Source: a virus. Taken from it: 64,000 nucleotides of DNA. The stretch spans positions 58,835 to 122,834 of IMG/VR virus record IMGVR_UViG_3300037083_000054. One strand, 5' to 3'. The position numbers were made by a program, and so were the translations under genes. Below the pieces are notes generated by a model. That model worked only from the letters and a program-made list of their open reading frames with translations, had not been told where the DNA came from and searched no databases. Shown one piece after another: positions 61,367-64,000 of the stretch (positions are counted from its first letter, which is position 1; each line of letters starts with the position of its first letter).

Positions 61367-63139
61367 CGATATACTTCGCTCAGAACTTTTGAAATAATTT
61401 TCATTTCTCACGATTAGTAGTTGACTCAGAACATTCGGGAGACGATAATATACTCAGTCAATCGCACTTCGCGGTTGCGGAACTCGAAAAGGAATGAATC
61501 ATGTTGAAGGCTGACTACACAGTGTGGAACGACAATGACAAAGGTTTTCTGGTTCGTGACGCGAGCGGGCTGTTTAATTATTGGTGGGCTGGATGTTTGA
61601 TGGCGGACGACTTCTGCACATTGGAACAAATGTTCGTCCCTGACTCGGTGGAGCGAATGCGGGAGTTGTCTGAAACTGCTCCTACTCACGGATTCATCAG
61701 CAATCCAAGGGAAGTCGGCGGATATGGCGAGCCGTTCTCGATGGATTTCTCTGAATGCGTCCCGCTCGATCAAATCACGCCAGAGGAAATTCCAGACGAA
61801 TGCCGAACGAGCATGACTTGCCCGAACTGCGGATCTGAAAAGGATATTGTTGGCGGCGATGGACGGATTCTGCTTCTCGATTGCGGATGTCGAATCCTGT
61901 CGAGGTCCAACGCAGTGTTTTCTGGAGATTGATGACATGGAACTCTACAGTGAAGACGGGAACATGAAAGCCGTAATTAAACACACAAAGCTTTGCGTTC
62001 GAGCAACCATCAAGACGCCAAAGCGAACGCAATCGAAACTGTTCCGGTCGCGATTCGGCGGAAATTGGCACTTTGCTGAGGCATGGGCAAAAGAACAGAT
62101 TCGAATCTACAACGATTACAAAAACAGACGCGGCGAATTCGCAAATGAACCTCCAGTAAACGAAGGAATTTGAATATGACGACAACCACCAATCCTGCAA
62201 CACAGTACGGTCTGACGGATCTTCCTGAAGGGATCGTCCTGAGAACTGAAGAAAACTCGGGAGACGAGTCGGTGATTAAGTGGTCTGGCTGCTATCCAAT
62301 TCCGCAAATCGGACAGTCGGTCAGGATTAACTTCAATACGTTGGGCACAGGCGTTGTGGAAAGCTATTTCGTTGAACACGGATACTGCGGTGTCACTGTT
62401 CGGCTTGATAAAGAGCCAGAGTGGAAAATCAAGCAACACAAGGGAACAAAGCACGCTGGAATCGCGATGGTGTTCGGGCTGGAAATCACGCTTCTTCCAA
62501 GGGTTTGAGAAATGAACATTCGAGAAATCAAGGGGCTTATTGCTTTGGGATGCACTCCGGGATTTGCAGCGTATGCTTCCCGGAGCATCCTTGAGAAAAT
62601 CAATTTGAAGAGGGAACTCCAAACCAACGGTGCTCTGTTTTACATGCTGATTAGTACGATGCGTCGACATGATCGGAAAGCGGCGTTCCAATTTGTGATC
62701 GACTGGAGCAATCCGAATGGCCTTCCAATGACTCGCGTAACCCGCTTCCAGCCTGGGCAGCACTATCACGTTTTGGGTAGAAAATTTGATAAGTTTTCCG
62801 AAGCAGTGGAGTTTTTGGAAAAGAGTGGCTACCGATTTGGTGGAACGGATGTAACCCGTATTGAACTTGCTGGAGAATGAAGAATGTCCGACCTTCCAAA
62901 AACTCTGATCGAAGCCGTCCGGTACTTCTCTGATCCGGCCCGATGCAATGAGGTCATGGCCGACCTGAAGTGGCCTGATGGTGAGATTGTTTGTCCGAAA
63001 TGCGGCGGTAAATCGGTGACTCCAGTTAAGGGCCGTCCACAACTTCAATGCAATGTTAGGACCTGCAAAAAGCAGTTCTCGTACAAGATTGACACTATCT
63101 TCGAAGATAGCCCGCTGGGCCTCGATAAATGGTTCGTGG
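61362..63139 (+). mobile_element. Truncated second IS1595 transporter IS with four passenger genes
   Basis: TIR GGTAACGATATACTTCGCTCAGAACTTT; about 90-bp left end homologous to 58925-59017; promoter TTGACT-17-GATAAT at 61421-61449; passengers 61501-61932, 61937-62173, 62176-62508, 62512-62880. Confidence 0.85.
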
Positions 63140-63240
63140 ATATGAAACCGCCGGGAAGGCTCGCATGGCTGCAATGGGAGCCGCGAGAGCAAAAGGACGT
63201 GGACGATTCGCTGGCGTCTGCACTGGCGATTGGGATGTAG
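62884..63240 (+). pseudogene. Truncated IS1595 transposase (zinc ribbon only)
   Basis: First ~85 aa nearly identical to 57078-58037; diverges after KWFV. Confidence 0.9.
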
Positions 63241-63323
63241 AATCGGACGAAGGCATTATCGAAGCGGGTAGGATTGAACGAATATAACAAACCGACTGAA
63301 TCACAAATTTAATGGAGAAAACA

Positions 63324-64000
63324 ATGGCCGACGAAACGACAGTTGCAGAAATGCAGAAACCTCATCTCTGGACCGATGGTGGCGACAAGGTGTTAATTCT
63401 CCGCCGCTGCAATGCGGATATGACATCAAGCAACGATTTCAAATATCCAGAATCGGGAGTGGTCAAATGTCCTGACTTCGAGCCGTCAACTCAATGCGGC
63501 GGCGGTCTGCATGGATGGCCGTGGGGAATGGGGCTCGGTGAAGGATCGGATTACGACATTATCATCGATAAATGGTTGATCATCGCTGCCTTCCCGGATG
63601 ATATTGTCGGTGAACTCGAAGGCAAATCGAAATGCAAGATCCGTCGCGGCGACGTGATTCACTGTGGGTCGTTTTCGTCGGCTTGGAATCTGATTAACTC
63701 TGGCCGACATCGACTGATTGATGCAATGGCGATTGTTAAGTCCGTCAATGCAAGTGGCGATAACGGTGCCCAATTGGCCAGTTCTGGATACGGTGCCCGA
63801 TTGGCCAGTTCTGGATACGATGCCCAATTGGCCAGTTCTGGATACGGTGCCCGATTGGCCAGTTCTGGAAACGATGCCCAATTGGCCAGTTCTGGAAACG
63901 ATGCCCAATTGGCCAGTTCTGGAAACGATGCCCAATTGGCCAGTTCTGGAAACGATGCCCAATTGGCCAGTTCTGGAAACGATGCCCGATTGGCCAGTTC
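63324..64000 (+). CDS. Phage protein with 9-aa tandem repeats (3'-partial)
   Basis: GGAG RBS; CGGGLHGW N-domain, then (AQLASSGxx)n to the window end; absent from the ORF track because there is no stop. Confidence 0.8.
   Translation, partial: MADETTVAEMQKPHLWTDGGDKVLILRRCNADMTSSNDFKYPESGVVKCPDFEPSTQCGGGLHGWPWGMGLGEGSDYDIIIDKWLIIAAFPDDIVGELEGKSKCKIRRGDVIHCGSFSSAWNLINSGRHRLIDAMAIVKSVNASGDNGAQLASSGYGARLASSGYDAQLASSGYGARLASSGNDAQLASSGNDAQLASSGNDAQLASSGNDAQLASSGNDARLAS
63768..64000 (+). repeat. 27-bp coding tandem repeat, at least 8.6 units
   Basis: Unit GCCC(A/G)ATTGGCCAGTTCTGGA(T/A)ACG(A/G)T. Confidence 0.95.

Noticed and set aside
63768-64000. CRISPR array
   Set aside because: Units are contiguous with no spacers and are in frame within a protein.
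1-64000. Amber stop-codon reassignment suggested by the release factor
   Set aside because: Genes are intact in code 11 and several end cleanly at TAG (e.g. 1543, 33655, 41810); no suppressor tRNA was seen.
1-64000. tRNA or rRNA genes
   Set aside because: No cloverleaf or rRNA-like sequence was recognised by eye; tRNAscan would be needed to exclude them fully.

Overview
Most of the window is the genome of a tailed (siphovirus-like) phage or prophage. A DUF1559 prepilin-type gene and a C-type lectin gene point to a Planctomycetota host. From left to right: the 3' part of a DUF935/Mu-like portal and small putative capsid-cargo genes; a 5.4-kb insertion with GGCTTTG ends carrying a SWIM-DDE transposase and cargo; nucleotide and replication genes (DUF5664-like, metallophosphoesterase, DnaN, N4/N6 methyltransferase, SNF2 helicase, a Prs-like/NAMPT-like pair resembling NARP1, MazG-like, ParB); the head-tail module (protease/scaffold, capsid, tail tube, -1 frameshifted chaperone, tape measure); a large glycosyltransferase/radical-SAM/methyltransferase/2OG-oxygenase cluster interleaved with Ser- and Cys-rich tail proteins, one radical SAM carrying a mini-intein; and an IS-riddled right end. 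The most notable signals are missing from the ORF track: (i) an RF1-like release factor with a prfB-type +1 frameshift cassette that uses UAG (CTT TAG C) and is now broken into three pieces by insertions; (ii) a recurring [DE]RYS-type motif shared by portal, scaffold and cargo proteins; (iii) a duplicated ~155-nt structured leader with a compensatory base change, placed in front of unrelated transposon cargo genes. All protein assignments come from reading motifs by eye; no database search was run.
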